Assembly (NCBI GenBank): GCA_021162785.1
Contig: JAGGYA010000010.1
Coordinates: 1,017-65,016 of the forward strand
Source: Candidatus Calescamantes bacterium
GTDB taxonomy: Bacteria > CAIJMQ01 > JAADFP01
Length of the DNA stretch: 64,000 nt
Direction of reading: 5' to 3'
Part shown: one piece after another, positions 1 to 9,942 of the stretch
Position numbering within the stretch: position 1 is the stretch's first letter
Layout: every line of letters begins with the position of its first letter
Program-made: the position numbers and the translations under genes
Notes under the pieces: model-generated
Seen by the model: the letters and a program-made list of their open reading frames with translations, nothing else
Database searches by the model: none
What the model was told of the DNA's origin: nothing

Positions 1-201
1 GAGGAGGAATGGAAGAAACGAGACCCTATTTTAACTTTTTCTAATAAATTATTAAATGCCGGGATTATTACTCCTGAGGAACTAAAAAAACTTAAGGAAG
101 ATGTAGAAAAAGAAATTGCTGAGGCAGAAGAATTTGCCCTTTCCAGTCCCTACCCTCCTCTGGAAGAACTGGAAAGAGATGTATATGTGGAAGGAGAGTA
201 A
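1..201 (+). CDS. pdhA: pyruvate/2-oxoacid dehydrogenase E1 component alpha subunit, C-terminal fragment (5' end outside window)
   Basis: Frame 1 is open from position 1 to TAA at 199-201 and is immediately followed by the E1 beta ATG at 202. The tail ...ELERDVYVEGE is typical of E1 alpha C-termini, and the alpha-beta gene order fits. Confidence 0.6.
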   Translation, partial: EEEWKKRDPILTFSNKLLNAGIITPEELKKLKEDVEKEIAEAEEFALSSPYPPLEELERDVYVEGE

Positions 202-1173
202 ATGAGGGTAATTACTTACCGAGAAGCCCTGCGTGAAGCCTTGATAGAAGAAATGAAAAGAGATGAAAGAGTATTCATTCTGGGGGAAGATGTAGGAATA
301 TATGGTGGTGCTTATAAGGTAACAGAAGGTCTTTTAAAAATGTTTGGTGAGGAAAGGGTAAGAGATACACCTATATCAGAAGCTGCCATTGCAGGAATGG
401 CTACAGGTGCTGCCCTTACAGGAATGAGACCAGTAGCAGAAATAATGTACATTGACTTCATAACTCAAGCAATGGACCAAATAGTCAATCAGGCTGCCAA
501 GATGAGATACATGTTTGGTGGAAAAAGCAAAGTGCCACTGGTAATCAGAACTCAGGGAGGTGCAGGAAGGGGGATTGCTGCTCATCATTCTCAGAGTTTA
601 GAAGCCTGGTTTGTCCATGTCCCAGGGCTTTATGTGGTGATGCCTGCCACTCCTTACGATGCTAAAGGGCTTCTCAAGTCTTCTATACGCAACGATAACC
701 CGGTGATGTTTATCGAGCATAAACTCCTTTATGGAATAAAGGGAGAGGTTCCTGAGGAAGAGTATCTTGTCCCCCTTGGGAAGGCGGATATAAAGAGGGA
801 AGGAGAAGATGTCACCCTTATTGCTTACTCTTATATGTTGCATATTGCTTTAACGGCAGCCCAAGAACTGGAGAAGGAAGGAGTATCCTGTGAAGTGGTA
901 GACCTCCGGACTCTCAAGCCTCTGGATAAAGAGACAATTTTGGAATCGGTCAGGAAAACCAACCGTGCAGTGGTTATCTCTGAAGGTTATCCTTACTGTG
1001 GAATGGGAGGAGAGATAGCCTATCAGATTATGGAGGGGGCATTTGATTATCTTGATGCCCCGGTTATAAGAGTAACCCCACCCGATGCTCCTATCCCCAT
1101 GAGTCCACCTCTGGAGGAATCAGCCATCCCTTCTCCTGAGAAAATCATCCAAGCGGTCAAAAAGATACTTTAA
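202..1173 (+). CDS. pdhB: pyruvate/acetoin/2-oxoacid dehydrogenase E1 component beta subunit (transketolase-like)
   Basis: 323 aa. N-terminus MRVITYREALREAL..ERVFILGEDVGIYGGAYKVTEGL and the C-terminal transketolase domain are the canonical E1 beta signature. Confidence 0.9.
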   Translation: MRVITYREALREALIEEMKRDERVFILGEDVGIYGGAYKVTEGLLKMFGEERVRDTPISEAAIAGMATGAALTGMRPVAEIMYIDFITQAMDQIVNQAAKMRYMFGGKSKVPLVIRTQGGAGRGIAAHHSQSLEAWFVHVPGLYVVMPATPYDAKGLLKSSIRNDNPVMFIEHKLLYGIKGEVPEEEYLVPLGKADIKREGEDVTLIAYSYMLHIALTAAQELEKEGVSCEVVDLRTLKPLDKETILESVRKTNRAVVISEGYPYCGMGGEIAYQIMEGAFDYLDAPVIRVTPPDAPIPMSPPLEESAIPSPEKIIQAVKKIL

Positions 1174-1447
1174 TAGGTGAAAGCAGGGGTGAAACTCAAG
1201 CTGGAGTAAGGGAGTGTTTTTTTCACCTCAAAGTATTCGGGATTCTTCTATCCAATCAGTTTACTCAGTTGAACCTTCCATGTAAAATATTCGCTCCTAT
1301 ATATGCGGGAGATAAAAATTCTGCGTTCTAAAAGATACGAGGGTGAGCTCTCCATAGAGAATGAGTCCCTCCTTAAATGGAAGGAGGAGCTGTCAGGAAA
1401 TGAACTACCTTAAGGACATCCTTCAATCCCTTGATTGATTCTCTTTG

Positions 1448-1519
1448 CTGCCCGGCGAGGACTCGAACCTCGACGCCTGGCTCCAAAGGCCAGTGTGCTA
1501 CCAATTACACCACCGGGCA
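1448..1519 (-). tRNA. tRNA-Gln (anticodon UUG)
   Basis: 72-nt cloverleaf on the minus strand. 7-bp acceptor tgcccgg/ccgggca, anticodon loop cuUUGga, T-arm gaggttcgagtcctc. No encoded CCA. Confidence 0.8.
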
Positions 1520-1541
1520 ATTCAATTATTATTTTAACATA

Positions 1542-2216
1542 TTACTCTTCCAATTCCGATTTAGCCTTTTGCAGAAGTTCTTTAACCTTAGGCTGATGGG
1601 GGGAGAGTTGAAGAGATTTTTCCCATTCTTTTATTGCCCTCTTCTTTTCGTTCATCGCATAATAGACCATACCTAAATTGTAATGAGTAAAAGGATTCTC
1701 AGGGTTAATTTTCAATGCTTCCTTAAAACATTTTTCTGCCTCTCTATATTGACCAGTGGAATAAAGTAAAGTCCCCAAATTATTATAGGCTAAATCAAAA
1801 TCCGATTTTAACTCGATTGCCTTACGATAAGCCTCTTCAGCTGACTTGGGGAGATTAAGCTCGCTTAATATATTTCCTAAATTATTGTATGCTTCTGCGT
1901 ATTCCGGGTTAAGCTGAATGGCTTTCTCACAAGACTCTCGAGCAAGTTCAAGTTTGCCTAAGTTTTCATAGGCATGCCCCAAATTATTATAGGCCACAGC
2001 AAATTGAGGGTTCAAAGAAACAGCCCTTTTAAAAAATTTAATTGATTTCTTATACTTTCCAATCCTAAGATATAAACGACCTAAATAATTAACAAATTCA
2101 CAGTTCTTTTTAAATTTATGGAGATTTTTCTCTAAAAACCTTATAGCTTCTCTAAACCTTCCTTCTTTCTCTAATCTTTTGACCTCCTCAATCCACTCCA
2201 CCCACCATTTTAACAT
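1542..2216 (-). CDS. TPR-repeat protein
   Basis: 224 aa with repeated ...AxxYNNLGxxYxxxGxxxxAxxxxxKAxxLNP... units (6+ TPRs). Confidence 0.8.
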   Translation of the reverse strand: MLKWWVEWIEEVKRLEKEGRFREAIRFLEKNLHKFKKNCEFVNYLGRLYLRIGKYKKSIKFFKRAVSLNPQFAVAYNNLGHAYENLGKLELARESCEKAIQLNPEYAEAYNNLGNILSELNLPKSAEEAYRKAIELKSDFDLAYNNLGTLLYSTGQYREAEKCFKEALKINPENPFTHYNLGMVYYAMNEKKRAIKEWEKSLQLSPHQPKVKELLQKAKSELEE

Positions 2217-2246
2217 ATGGATTTTTTGTGTTAAAATTTACTACCT

Positions 2247-3353
2247 ATGATTTCATATGAAGACCTGGTTTCCCTTCTCGCTTACTCCAGCAACCAAACC
2301 CAAGTAATTAGTCTTTATTTAAATGTAAAAAGGGAAAGAGTAAACGAAAACCAACATGTTACTGCTTTTAAAGACTTAGTGAAAAAAATCCCTGAAAATA
2401 AAAGAGAGAAAAATAAAGAAATACTGGATAAAATAACCTATTTTCTAAAATACCAATTCCGGCGGGATAACAAAAACGGTTTGGCTTTATTTGCCTCCCC
2501 TTCACCTCCTTTATGGAAAGTTCTTCTCCTCCCGGAAGCAGTTCGGGATCTTTTAGTCATAGAAACCCATCCCTACACTAAACCCCTTTTTGCAGTGGTA
2601 GACCGATATCGAAGATTCGCTGTGGTTCTTTTAGACCAGACCAAAACAAGGATTTTAGAAGTCTTTATGGGAGATATTGAAGAAAAAATCGAGATCAAAA
2701 GCGAAGTCCCTCATGAAGTAAAAACCTCTGGATGGAAAGGATACGGAGAAAGAATTCACAATCACATTTATAACGAAAGATTGAGGCATTTCCATATAGT
2801 TGCCCAAGAAGTAGTCTCGGTTTGGCGGAGGACACATTTTGACTATTTAATTCTTGGGGGTGTAGAAGAAAACTTGGTTCCTTTTATATCCTTCCTCCCT
2901 ACCTTTCTACAAGAAAAAGTAATAGGGAAACTTTCCCTACCAATTAATGCCCCCCTATCCGAGATTATTAAGAAGGCTGTAGAAATGGAGAAAAGGGAGA
3001 AAGAGGTCAGAATACAGAAATTAATTGAACTTATAATGGAAGACAAATCAAGGGAGGGCTTAGCTGCTATAGGTCTTTCATCCGTTCTTAAAGCTTTAAA
3101 TTACTATGCAGTAAGAGAGTTAGTGGTAGAAGAGGGATTCACAGAGCCAGGTTATATTTGCAGAGGATGTGGATTTTTATCTATAGAGAAAGAAATTTGT
3201 CCCTATTGCAGAAAAAAAATGGAATCAAAAGAGGATATAGTGGAAGAAGCTGTAGAAAAAGCTATTGCCCAGGATGCTTTGGTAGAATATGGTAGGGAAG
3301 GTATACTTAAAGATGTAAAAATTTTGGGCCTTTTAAGATTTAAAGTTCCCTAA
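2247..3353 (+). CDS. bacterial eRF1/Pelota-like protein (baeRF-type) with C-terminal zinc ribbon insert
   Basis: 368 aa. The central RFAVVLLDQTKTRILEV block looks like eRF1 domain 2. The C-terminal GLAAIGLSSVLKALNYYAVRELVV block matches the eRF1/Pelota domain-3 motif. It is followed by a CRGCG..(14)..CPYC zinc ribbon. Confidence 0.5.
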   Translation: MISYEDLVSLLAYSSNQTQVISLYLNVKRERVNENQHVTAFKDLVKKIPENKREKNKEILDKITYFLKYQFRRDNKNGLALFASPSPPLWKVLLLPEAVRDLLVIETHPYTKPLFAVVDRYRRFAVVLLDQTKTRILEVFMGDIEEKIEIKSEVPHEVKTSGWKGYGERIHNHIYNERLRHFHIVAQEVVSVWRRTHFDYLILGGVEENLVPFISFLPTFLQEKVIGKLSLPINAPLSEIIKKAVEMEKREKEVRIQKLIELIMEDKSREGLAAIGLSSVLKALNYYAVRELVVEEGFTEPGYICRGCGFLSIEKEICPYCRKKMESKEDIVEEAVEKAIAQDALVEYGREGILKDVKILGLLRFKVP

Positions 3354-4204
3354 TGGTTAATTTTAATTTTTTTGACCTTTTCTGGTTATTTTTTATTTTC
3401 TCCGCTTTGCAACCTCTTCTTAAGCAGAGATTATTAGAAGGAGCGAGAGTCAAATTGATAACCTCCATTGAGAAAAAGAGAAAATCCCGAGTAATAACTC
3501 TTATTCATCGTCAGGAAACTATGAGTCTCCTCGGCTTCCCTATCCTGCGGTATATCGATATAAATGATTCGGAGGAGATATTAAGAGCTATTCGCCTTAC
3601 TCCATCGGATATGCCTATAGATTTTATCCTCCATACCCCTGGAGGGCTGGTACTTGCTTCTCTCCAAATAGCCTTTGCTTTAAAAAAACACCCTGGTAAA
3701 GTAACAGTATTTGTGCCTCACTACGCCATGTCAGGGGGCACCTTTATCGCTCTTGCTGCTGACGAGATAATAATGGATCCCCATGCTGTTCTTGGCCCAG
3801 TAGATCCCCAATTGGGTGAATATCCTGCTGTCTCTATACTTAAAGTTCTGGAAGAAAAAGATAAAAACGAAATTGATGATAGAACCCTTATAATGGCAGA
3901 TATCGCCAAAAAAGCTATTCATCAAGTGGAAGAAGCGGTTTATAAAATCCTTGAAGGCCGATATTCACCGGAAAAAGCTAAGGAACTTGCCCACCTTCTA
4001 TCCTCAGGAAAATGGACACATGATCACCCTATCACCTTTGAAGAAGCAAAAAGCCTGGGACTCCCAGTTAACGAAAACATGCCTGAGGAAATTTATCAAT
4101 TAATGAGCCTTTATCCTCAACCTGTAAGACGACAACCTTCTGTAGAATATATACCTATTCCTTACCGTCCCCATCGTTTACCCCGAAGTAAAGGAGAGAT
4201 TTAG
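3353..4204 (+). CDS. membrane-anchored ClpP-fold serine protease, SDH (Ser-Asp-His) / S49-like family
   Basis: 283 aa. N-terminal TM helix ([18 protein letters not shown]), then a ClpP/crotonase-like core with HTPGGLV...[30 protein letters not shown]. The start ATG overlaps the upstream stop (TAATG). Confidence 0.55.
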   Translation: MVNFNFFDLFWLFFIFSALQPLLKQRLLEGARVKLITSIEKKRKSRVITLIHRQETMSLLGFPILRYIDINDSEEILRAIRLTPSDMPIDFILHTPGGLVLASLQIAFALKKHPGKVTVFVPHYAMSGGTFIALAADEIIMDPHAVLGPVDPQLGEYPAVSILKVLEEKDKNEIDDRTLIMADIAKKAIHQVEEAVYKILEGRYSPEKAKELAHLLSSGKWTHDHPITFEEAKSLGLPVNENMPEEIYQLMSLYPQPVRRQPSVEYIPIPYRPHRLPRSKGEI

Positions 4205-4206
4205 CC

Positions 4207-4917
4207 ATGCCCAAATTAGGAGTAAATATTGACCATGTAGCCACCTTAAGGGAAGCACGTAAAGTCTCTTATCCTGATCCGGTTCAGGCAGCGGTTATCT
4301 GTGAACAAGCAGGTGCTCATGGTATCGTAGCTCATTTACGCGAAGATCGGCGTCATGTAAAAGAAAGGGATATTTTTCTCCTTAAAGAAATAATTAATAT
4401 AAAATTTAACTTAGAAATGGCTCCCACTCAGGAAATCAGGGAAATAGCTTTAAAACTCAAACCTGACCAAGTTACCCTGGTGCCGGAAAGGAGGCAGGAA
4501 CTCACCACGGAAGGAGGATTGGATGTTGTCTCCTTAAAAGATTTTCTAAAGGAATATATCAAACCTTTTAAAGATGCTGGTATTATCGTCTCCCTTTTCA
4601 TAGACCCTGAAACTTCTCAGATAGAAGCAGCTAAAGAAACAGGCGCTCAAAGTATAGAAATCCATACCGGAGAATATGCAAATCTAAAAGGCTTAGAAAG
4701 AGAAAAAGAACTTGAGAAAATCATTGAGATGAGCGAATTTGCTCATAAACTGGGATTCCATGTCCACGCAGGGCATGGACTCAATTACTGGAATGTAAAA
4801 CCCATAGCTAAAATTCCGGTAATCGAAGAACTTAACATAGGGCATTCCATTATTTCCCGTGCGGTCTATGTGGGGTTGGAAAGAGCAGTTAGAGAAATGC
4901 TCCAGCTAATAAGATGA
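4207..4917 (+). CDS. pdxJ: pyridoxine 5'-phosphate synthase
   Basis: 236 aa. [18 protein letters not shown]...HLREDRRH... and later ...GHGLNY motifs are the PdxJ signature. Confidence 0.9.
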   Translation: MPKLGVNIDHVATLREARKVSYPDPVQAAVICEQAGAHGIVAHLREDRRHVKERDIFLLKEIINIKFNLEMAPTQEIREIALKLKPDQVTLVPERRQELTTEGGLDVVSLKDFLKEYIKPFKDAGIIVSLFIDPETSQIEAAKETGAQSIEIHTGEYANLKGLEREKELEKIIEMSEFAHKLGFHVHAGHGLNYWNVKPIAKIPVIEELNIGHSIISRAVYVGLERAVREMLQLIR

Positions 4918-6470
4918 AAGTCGTCACTTCTTCCCAAATGCGAGAAATCGACCGAAGAACAATTGAGGGAATAGGCATCCCCTCCTTGGTCCTCATGGAA
5001 AATGCTGGCAGGAAAGTAGCAGAAGCTATACACAAATATTTCCCAGAAGTTAAAAATATAATCCTCCTTTGCGGTCCAGGGAATAATGGGGGAGATGGAC
5101 TGGTATGTGCACGCCATTTAAGACTCCATTATGGGAAAAAGGTTTTAGTTTACTTAGCCAGAAGGGACAGCCTTTCCCCCGATGCAGAAAGAAATCTTAG
5201 AATCCTTGAGAATTTAAATTTCCAAATTTTTGAATGGATGAATCCACCCTCAATTGAAGAAAGCGATCTTTTAGTGGATGCCTTACTTGGGACAGGGATA
5301 AAAGGAAAACCGGAAGGAAAAATTGCAGACATGATTCGGTGGATCAATGCTTCCTCTCTTCCAGTGGTCTCAGTAGATACCCCATCAGGTTTATCTGGAG
5401 ATTTTCCACCCCACCCAGATTACACAGTGAAAGCCTTAATTACAGTAACTATGGCCTTACCCAAAAAGGAACAAGTAGTATTTCCAGGAGCTGAATATGT
5501 GGGGAAATTGATAGTTGCAGACATTGGCTTTCCCCCTCCCCTTTTAGAAAGTGAGGAATGGAAAATAGAAATAATGGAAGGGGAAAAATTAAAGCAGTGG
5601 ATTAAACCACGGAGACCTGATACCCATAAGGGGACATATGGTCATACTTTAATTCTTTCAGGTTCCCAGGGATTCACGGGAGCTCCCCTTTTAACTGCAA
5701 AGGGAGCCCTTCGCTCAGGAGTGGGACTCATAACCTTAGGTATCCCAGAAACAATTTATTCAATTGTGGCAGGAAAAATTCCTGAAATCATACCTTTTCC
5801 TCTCCCTGCAAAGGAAGGGGGGTTTACTCTCAGTGCTTGGCAAAAAATAAAAAATTGGGGCCGAAAAATCACCTCCCTTGTTATAGGACCGGGAATATCC
5901 CTTGCTTCACCAGTAAAAGAATTCGTCAAAAAAGTGATTGAGGAAAACCAACTGCCTATGGTGGTAGACGCAGACGCATTAACTATTATTTCCGAAGACA
6001 CTTCCATACTAAAAAAGGCTAAATCTCCTCTAATCCTAACCCCTCATCCTGGAGAAATGGCCAGATTAATAGGAAAAAGCATTGATTATGTTCTTAATCA
6101 CCGTATAGAAGTTGCCTTATCTTTTGCCAGAGAATTCAATTTAATCTTGATTTTAAAGGGAGCAAGAACAGTGATTGCCACTCCAGAGGAGAAGGTCTTC
6201 ATAAATCCCACCGGAAACCCGGGAATGGCTACTGGTGGAATGGGCGATGTGTTAACCGGACTTATTGGAGGACTTTTGGCTCAAGGTTACACTCCCTTAG
6301 AAAGTGCCCTTATAGGTGTATTTATCCATGGAGCCAGTGGAGATATCCTCTGGGAAGAAAGGAAGACAACTTCTCTAAGTGCTACGGAAGTAGCGGAAAA
6401 TATACCTTTTACCTTTTCCCGCCTAAGGGAAGGGTATCTTGACGAGTTAAATTTTTATGATAAAATTTAA
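4914..6470 (+). CDS. nnr: bifunctional NAD(P)H-hydrate repair enzyme Nnr (YjeF-N epimerase / YjeF-C ADP-dependent dehydratase)
   Basis: 518 aa. N-terminal YjeF_N domain ([11 protein letters not shown]...[11 protein letters not shown]) and C-terminal carbohydrate-kinase-like domain (GPGIS...[16 protein letters not shown]). ATGA overlap with pdxJ. Confidence 0.9.
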   Translation: MKVVTSSQMREIDRRTIEGIGIPSLVLMENAGRKVAEAIHKYFPEVKNIILLCGPGNNGGDGLVCARHLRLHYGKKVLVYLARRDSLSPDAERNLRILENLNFQIFEWMNPPSIEESDLLVDALLGTGIKGKPEGKIADMIRWINASSLPVVSVDTPSGLSGDFPPHPDYTVKALITVTMALPKKEQVVFPGAEYVGKLIVADIGFPPPLLESEEWKIEIMEGEKLKQWIKPRRPDTHKGTYGHTLILSGSQGFTGAPLLTAKGALRSGVGLITLGIPETIYSIVAGKIPEIIPFPLPAKEGGFTLSAWQKIKNWGRKITSLVIGPGISLASPVKEFVKKVIEENQLPMVVDADALTIISEDTSILKKAKSPLILTPHPGEMARLIGKSIDYVLNHRIEVALSFAREFNLILILKGARTVIATPEEKVFINPTGNPGMATGGMGDVLTGLIGGLLAQGYTPLESALIGVFIHGASGDILWEERKTTSLSATEVAENIPFTFSRLREGYLDELNFYDKI

Positions 6471-6479
6471 TGTAAAATT

Positions 6480-6554
6480 GCCGGCGTAGCTCAATGGTAG
6501 AGCGCCTCACTTGTAATGAGGGGGTTGGGGGTTCGAGTCCTCCCGTCGGCTCCA
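6480..6554 (+). tRNA. tRNA-Thr (anticodon UGU)
   Basis: Acceptor gccggcg/cgtcggc, anticodon loop cuUGUaa, T-loop ggttcgagtcc, encoded CCA. Confidence 0.85.
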
Positions 6555-6574
6555 AAGTTTAAAAGATGATAAGA

Positions 6575-6657
6575 GGAGGGGTACCCAAGTGGCCAAAGGG
6601 GGCAGACTGTAAATCTGCTGGCGTAAGCCTTCGGAGGTTCGAATCCTCCCCCCTCCA
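6575..6657 (+). tRNA. tRNA-Tyr (anticodon GUA), long variable arm
   Basis: Acceptor ggagggg/cccctcc, anticodon loop cuGUAaa, long variable arm ctggcgtaagccttcgg, T-arm ggaggttcgaatcctcc. Confidence 0.85.
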
Positions 6658-6658
6658 C

Positions 6659-6733
6659 GCGGGAATAGCTCAATGGTAGAGCATCGGCCTTCCAAGCCGA
6701 GGGTTGCGGGTTCGAGTCCCGTTTCCCGCTCCA
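6659..6733 (+). tRNA. tRNA-Gly (anticodon UCC)
   Basis: GCGGGAATAGCTCAATGGTAGAGC start, anticodon loop cuUCCaa, encoded CCA. Confidence 0.85.
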
Positions 6734-6741
6734 GATTTTTA

Positions 6742-6815
6742 GCCCATGTGGCTCAGGCGGTTAGAGCGCGTCCTTGGTAAGGACGAGGTCGGCGGTTCGA
6801 GTCCGCCCATGGGCT
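6742..6815 (+). tRNA. tRNA-Thr (anticodon GGU)
   Basis: Acceptor gcccatg/catgggc, anticodon loop uuGGUaa, T-arm ggcggttcgagtccgcc. No CCA. Confidence 0.85.
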
Positions 6816-6831
6816 CAAGGAGTAGAAGAAA

Positions 6832-6978
6832 ATGAGAGAGGTAGTTCATCTTGCTTGCACGGAATGTAAGAGGAGGAATTACACTACCACAAAAAGGAAG
6901 GATAAAAGAGAGAAACTCCAGCTCCGGAAGTATTGTAAGTATTGTAGGAAACACACCCTTCACAGGGAAACTAAGTAA
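6832..6978 (+). CDS. rpmG: 50S ribosomal protein L33 (Zn-ribbon C+ form)
   Basis: 48-aa ORF missed by the ORF track: [48 protein letters not shown] with CxxC..CxxC. RBS aggag 8 nt upstream. Canonical position before tRNA-Trp/secE/nusG. Confidence 0.9.
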   Translation: MREVVHLACTECKRRNYTTTKRKDKREKLQLRKYCKYCRKHTLHRETK

Positions 6979-7006
6979 TTTGAATTTTTCCGTTTTGTGG
7001 TATAAT
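6979..7006 (+). promoter_or_regulatory. candidate sigma70-type promoter with extended -10 (TTTGAA/TTGAAT ...15-16 nt... TGgTATAAT) upstream of tRNA-Trp-secE-nusG
   Basis: Sequence tttgaatttttccgttttgtggtataat sits ~20 nt upstream of the tRNA-Trp 5' end. Confidence 0.4.
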
Positions 7007-7026
7007 TAAATGGGAGGTATTTTTGT

Positions 7027-7101
7027 AGGCCTGTAGCTCCAACTGGATAGAGCGCCGGACTCCAAATCCGGTGGTTGGGGGTTCGAATCCTCCCAGGCCT
7101 G
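7027..7101 (+). tRNA. tRNA-Trp (anticodon CCA)
   Basis: Acceptor aggcctg/caggcct, anticodon loop cuCCAaa, T-arm ggttcgaatcc. Confidence 0.85.
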
Positions 7102-7121
7102 CAATTTTTTTAGGTTTAATT

Positions 7122-7307
7122 ATGTTTGGAAGATTAAAAAAGTATTTTCAGGAAGTAAAAGGAGAGATGAGAAGAGTAGCCTGGTCTGAAAAAAGGGTCT
7201 TGTGGACTTCTACCTTTTTAGTAATAGTTGTAAGTCTTTTAATTGCTTTATATCTGGGGGTGGTGGATCTATTAATTAATCGTCTGATAACCACAATCAT
7301 CAGGTAA
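7122..7307 (+). CDS. secE: preprotein translocase subunit SecE
   Basis: 61 aa from the internal ATG: MFGRLKKYFQEVKGEMRRVAWSEKRVLWTSTFLVIVVSLLIALYLGVVDLLI. Single TM helix, in the conserved secE-nusG position. The longer 7071 ORF overlaps tRNA-Trp. Confidence 0.85.
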   Translation: MFGRLKKYFQEVKGEMRRVAWSEKRVLWTSTFLVIVVSLLIALYLGVVDLLINRLITTIIR

Positions 7308-7317
7308 AAAAGCTATC

Positions 7318-7863
7318 TTGAAAAAAATGAGTAAAAAGTGGTATAGTCTGCACATTCTCACCGGACAGGAAGAAAAGGTGAGGAAGGAAATATTAAATAA
7401 ATTGAAATTGGAAGGAATGGAAGACTTAGTTGAGGATATCCTAATCCCTATGGAAGATGTTAAAGAGATTAGAAAGGGTAAGAGCCAGGTAAAAACTCAA
7501 GCTATTTATAAAGGATATATATTTATAAAAATGGAAGACCCCTTAGAGAACAAAAAATTGTGGTATCTCATCCGAAGAACCCCTGGAGTTACTGGATTTG
7601 TGGGAGGAAGAGAACCTCTGGAAGTCCCGGAAGAAGAAATTGAGAGAATTAAAAGATTAGTGGAAGAAAGAAAAGCAAAACCGCGTCCCAGAGTGGTTTT
7701 AGAAGTGGGAGAAAATGTAAAGATTACCGATGGCCCTTTTGCCAATTTTACTGGATACATTGATGAGGTGGATGTGGACAAAGGGAGAGTGAAGGTTATG
7801 GTTTCCATTTTTGGACGGTCTACACCTGTAGAACTGGAATACTGGCAAGTGGAGAAGATTTAA
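7318..7863 (+). CDS. nusG: transcription termination/antitermination factor NusG
   Basis: N-terminal domain (NGN) ([14 protein letters not shown]) plus KOW ([22 protein letters not shown]). Start is TTG at 7318 or ATG at 7327. Confidence 0.9.
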   Translation: MKKMSKKWYSLHILTGQEEKVRKEILNKLKLEGMEDLVEDILIPMEDVKEIRKGKSQVKTQAIYKGYIFIKMEDPLENKKLWYLIRRTPGVTGFVGGREPLEVPEEEIERIKRLVEERKAKPRPRVVLEVGENVKITDGPFANFTGYIDEVDVDKGRVKVMVSIFGRSTPVELEYWQVEKI

Positions 7864-7864
7864 A

Positions 7865-8290
7865 ATGCCTAAGAAGGTAGTAGCTCAAATTAAATTACAG
7901 ATACCTGCTGGACAGGCAAGTCCTGCTCCACCTGTAGGCCCTGCTCTGGGTCAGCATGGTGTAAATATAATGGAATTCTGCAGACAATTTAATGAAGCAA
8001 CCAAAAATCAAGAAGGAATGATAATACCTGTGGTAATCACGGTATATGAAGACCGAAGTTTTACTTTTATAACCAAGTCACCTCCTGCATCTGTCCTCCT
8101 TAAAAGAGCGGTAGGCCTGGCTAAAGCATCGGGTGAACCAAATCGGGTAAAAGTGGGCAAAATTCCCCGAGAAAAATTAAAAGAGATTGCGGAATTAAAA
8201 ATGAAAGACCTGAATGCCAAAGATTTGGAAGGGGCAATGAGAATAATTGAAGGAACAGCAAGGAGTATGGGTATAGAAATAGAGGATTAA
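7865..8290 (+). CDS. rplK: 50S ribosomal protein L11
   Basis: 141 aa; [26 protein letters not shown] signature. Confidence 0.95.
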   Translation: MPKKVVAQIKLQIPAGQASPAPPVGPALGQHGVNIMEFCRQFNEATKNQEGMIIPVVITVYEDRSFTFITKSPPASVLLKRAVGLAKASGEPNRVKVGKIPREKLKEIAELKMKDLNAKDLEGAMRIIEGTARSMGIEIED

Positions 8291-8291
8291 A

Positions 8292-8993
8292 ATGAAAAGA
8301 GGAAAAAGGTATAGAGCTCTGGAAAACTTAATAGATAAGAACAAACTCTATTCACCTCGAGAAGCTATTAGTCTGGTAAAGAAAATGGGGAATACAAAAT
8401 TTGATGAGACAGTAGAACTCTCAGTTAAACTTGGGGTGGACCCTAAGAGGTCTGATCATCAAGTAAGAGGCTCTACTCCTCTTCCCCATGGAACAGGTAA
8501 AAAAGTTAGAATCCTTGCCATTGCAGAGGGTGAAGCAGCCAAAGAAGCTCAAGAAGCTGGGGCTGACTTTGTGGGAGGGAAAGAAATGGTTAAAAAGATT
8601 GAGGAAGGGTGGTTAGATTTCGATGCAGTAGTAGCTCATCCCTCCTTCATGCGGGAATTGGGTAAGGTAGGGAAAATTCTTGGGCCAAGAGGTCTCATGC
8701 CCTCACCAAAAACAGGAACTGTAAGCGAAAAATTAGCTCCTGTAATTAAAGAACTTAAAGCAGGAAGAGTAGACTTTAAAATGGATAAAGGTGGGAACCT
8801 CCATATACCTATTGGTAAAGTTTCCTTTGATGAAAAGGCACTTGAAGAAAATTTAATAACGGTTGTAAGAGCAATTCTCAGGGCAAAACCGGCTTCTTCC
8901 AAAGGGGCTTATCTTCAGAAGGTTTATCTTTCAACTACTATGAGTCCATCTATAAAGGTGAACCCTAAGGAATTGATAGAAATGGCCAGATAA
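8292..8993 (+). CDS. rplA: 50S ribosomal protein L1
   Basis: 233 aa; DETVELSVKLGVDPKRSDHQVRG and the L1 fold motifs. Confidence 0.95.
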   Translation: MKRGKRYRALENLIDKNKLYSPREAISLVKKMGNTKFDETVELSVKLGVDPKRSDHQVRGSTPLPHGTGKKVRILAIAEGEAAKEAQEAGADFVGGKEMVKKIEEGWLDFDAVVAHPSFMRELGKVGKILGPRGLMPSPKTGTVSEKLAPVIKELKAGRVDFKMDKGGNLHIPIGKVSFDEKALEENLITVVRAILRAKPASSKGAYLQKVYLSTTMSPSIKVNPKELIEMAR

Positions 8994-8996
8994 AAA

Positions 8997-9536
8997 ATGG
9001 CGGTAAGTAAAGAAAAGAAAAAAGAGTGGATGGAATTGTGGAAGGAAAAACTTAACTCCTCCAGTGGAGTCTGGGTTACTGATTACATAAGCCTTACAGC
9101 TAATGAGATTAATGAAATAAGAAGAGCAATAAGAGAGACAGGTGCAGAATTACGCGTAGTGAAAAATCGACTCTTTAAAATGGTTTTGGAAGGCGAATGG
9201 GAAGGACTCTCCGAATTTATTGAAGGACCTACAGCAGTGATCTTTTGTCCAGATGATGGTATTGAAACTTTGAAGAAACTTAAAGACCTTTCTAAGGAGT
9301 ATCCCCCTCTTAAAATCCGAGGTGGTTATTTAGAAGGGAGAATTCTTAAAGATAAAGAACTTGACTATGTAGCTAAACTCCCCTCCAAAAATGTTCTATT
9401 TGCTCAAGTCATGGGTAGTTTACTTACACCTCTCTATAATATTCATTCTGCTTTAAAAGGATTGCTTTCCAGTTTGGCTTATATCCTTACTGAATTGAAG
9501 AGAAGAAAAGAAAAAGAGGAGGGTAATGATGGCTAA
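8997..9536 (+). CDS. rplJ: 50S ribosomal protein L10
   Basis: 179 aa; conserved position between rplA and rplL; L10-like sequence. Confidence 0.9.
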   Translation: MAVSKEKKKEWMELWKEKLNSSSGVWVTDYISLTANEINEIRRAIRETGAELRVVKNRLFKMVLEGEWEGLSEFIEGPTAVIFCPDDGIETLKKLKDLSKEYPPLKIRGGYLEGRILKDKELDYVAKLPSKNVLFAQVMGSLLTPLYNIHSALKGLLSSLAYILTELKRRKEKEEGNDG

Positions 9537-9927
9537 AAAAATGAGTAAAGAGGAAATTCTGGAAGGCATTAAAAATCTCACCGTATTGGAATTAGCTGAA
9601 TTGGTAAAAGCTATGGAAGAAGAATTTGGAATATCCGCTCAACCTCAAGTAGTTGCAGCACCAGTAGGTGTGGCTACTCCAGAAGCAGCAGGAGAATCTG
9701 CACCAGCTGAAGAAAAAACCGAATTCGATGTAATACTGGTAAGTGCAGGAGACAAAAAGATACAGGTAATTAAAGAAGTAAGGGCTATAACCAACCTTGG
9801 ATTAAAAGAGGCCAAGGAATTGGTGGATAATGCTCCACGACCAGTAAAAGAAAAGGTCTCTAAGGAGGAGGCTGAAGAGATAAAGAAAAAGTTAGAGGCT
9901 GCGGGTGCCACGGTGGAGATCAAATAA
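9526..9927 (+). CDS. rplL: 50S ribosomal protein L7/L12
   Basis: 133 aa; N-terminal dimerisation helix, Ala/Pro/Glu-rich hinge, C-terminal [35 protein letters not shown]. Confidence 0.95.
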   Translation: MMAKKMSKEEILEGIKNLTVLELAELVKAMEEEFGISAQPQVVAAPVGVATPEAAGESAPAEEKTEFDVILVSAGDKKIQVIKEVRAITNLGLKEAKELVDNAPRPVKEKVSKEEAEEIKKKLEAAGATVEIK

Positions 9928-9942
9928 AAAGGAGGGGTTAAA

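Noticed and set aside
1304-1414. 36-aa ORF MREIKILRSKRYEGELSIENESLLKWKEELSGNELP in the 270-nt pdhB/tRNA-Gln convergent gap
   Set aside because: It has no convincing RBS, no recognisable family and is very short, so it is more likely non-coding terminator space. It could be re-examined with comparative data.
1431-1676. 81-aa plus-strand ORF
   Set aside because: It overlaps the minus-strand tRNA-Gln and the 3' end of the TPR gene. Composition is low-complexity, so it is an artefact of the tRNA region.
6491-6963. Three minus-strand ORFs (60-74 aa)
   Set aside because: They lie entirely across the tRNA-Thr/Tyr/Gly/Thr genes and rpmG on the opposite strand, so they are spurious.
7071-7121. N-terminal extension of the secE ORF (MVGGSNPPRPAIFLGLI)
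   Set aside because: The extension is the 3' half of tRNA-Trp read as protein. The real secE start is the ATG at 7122.
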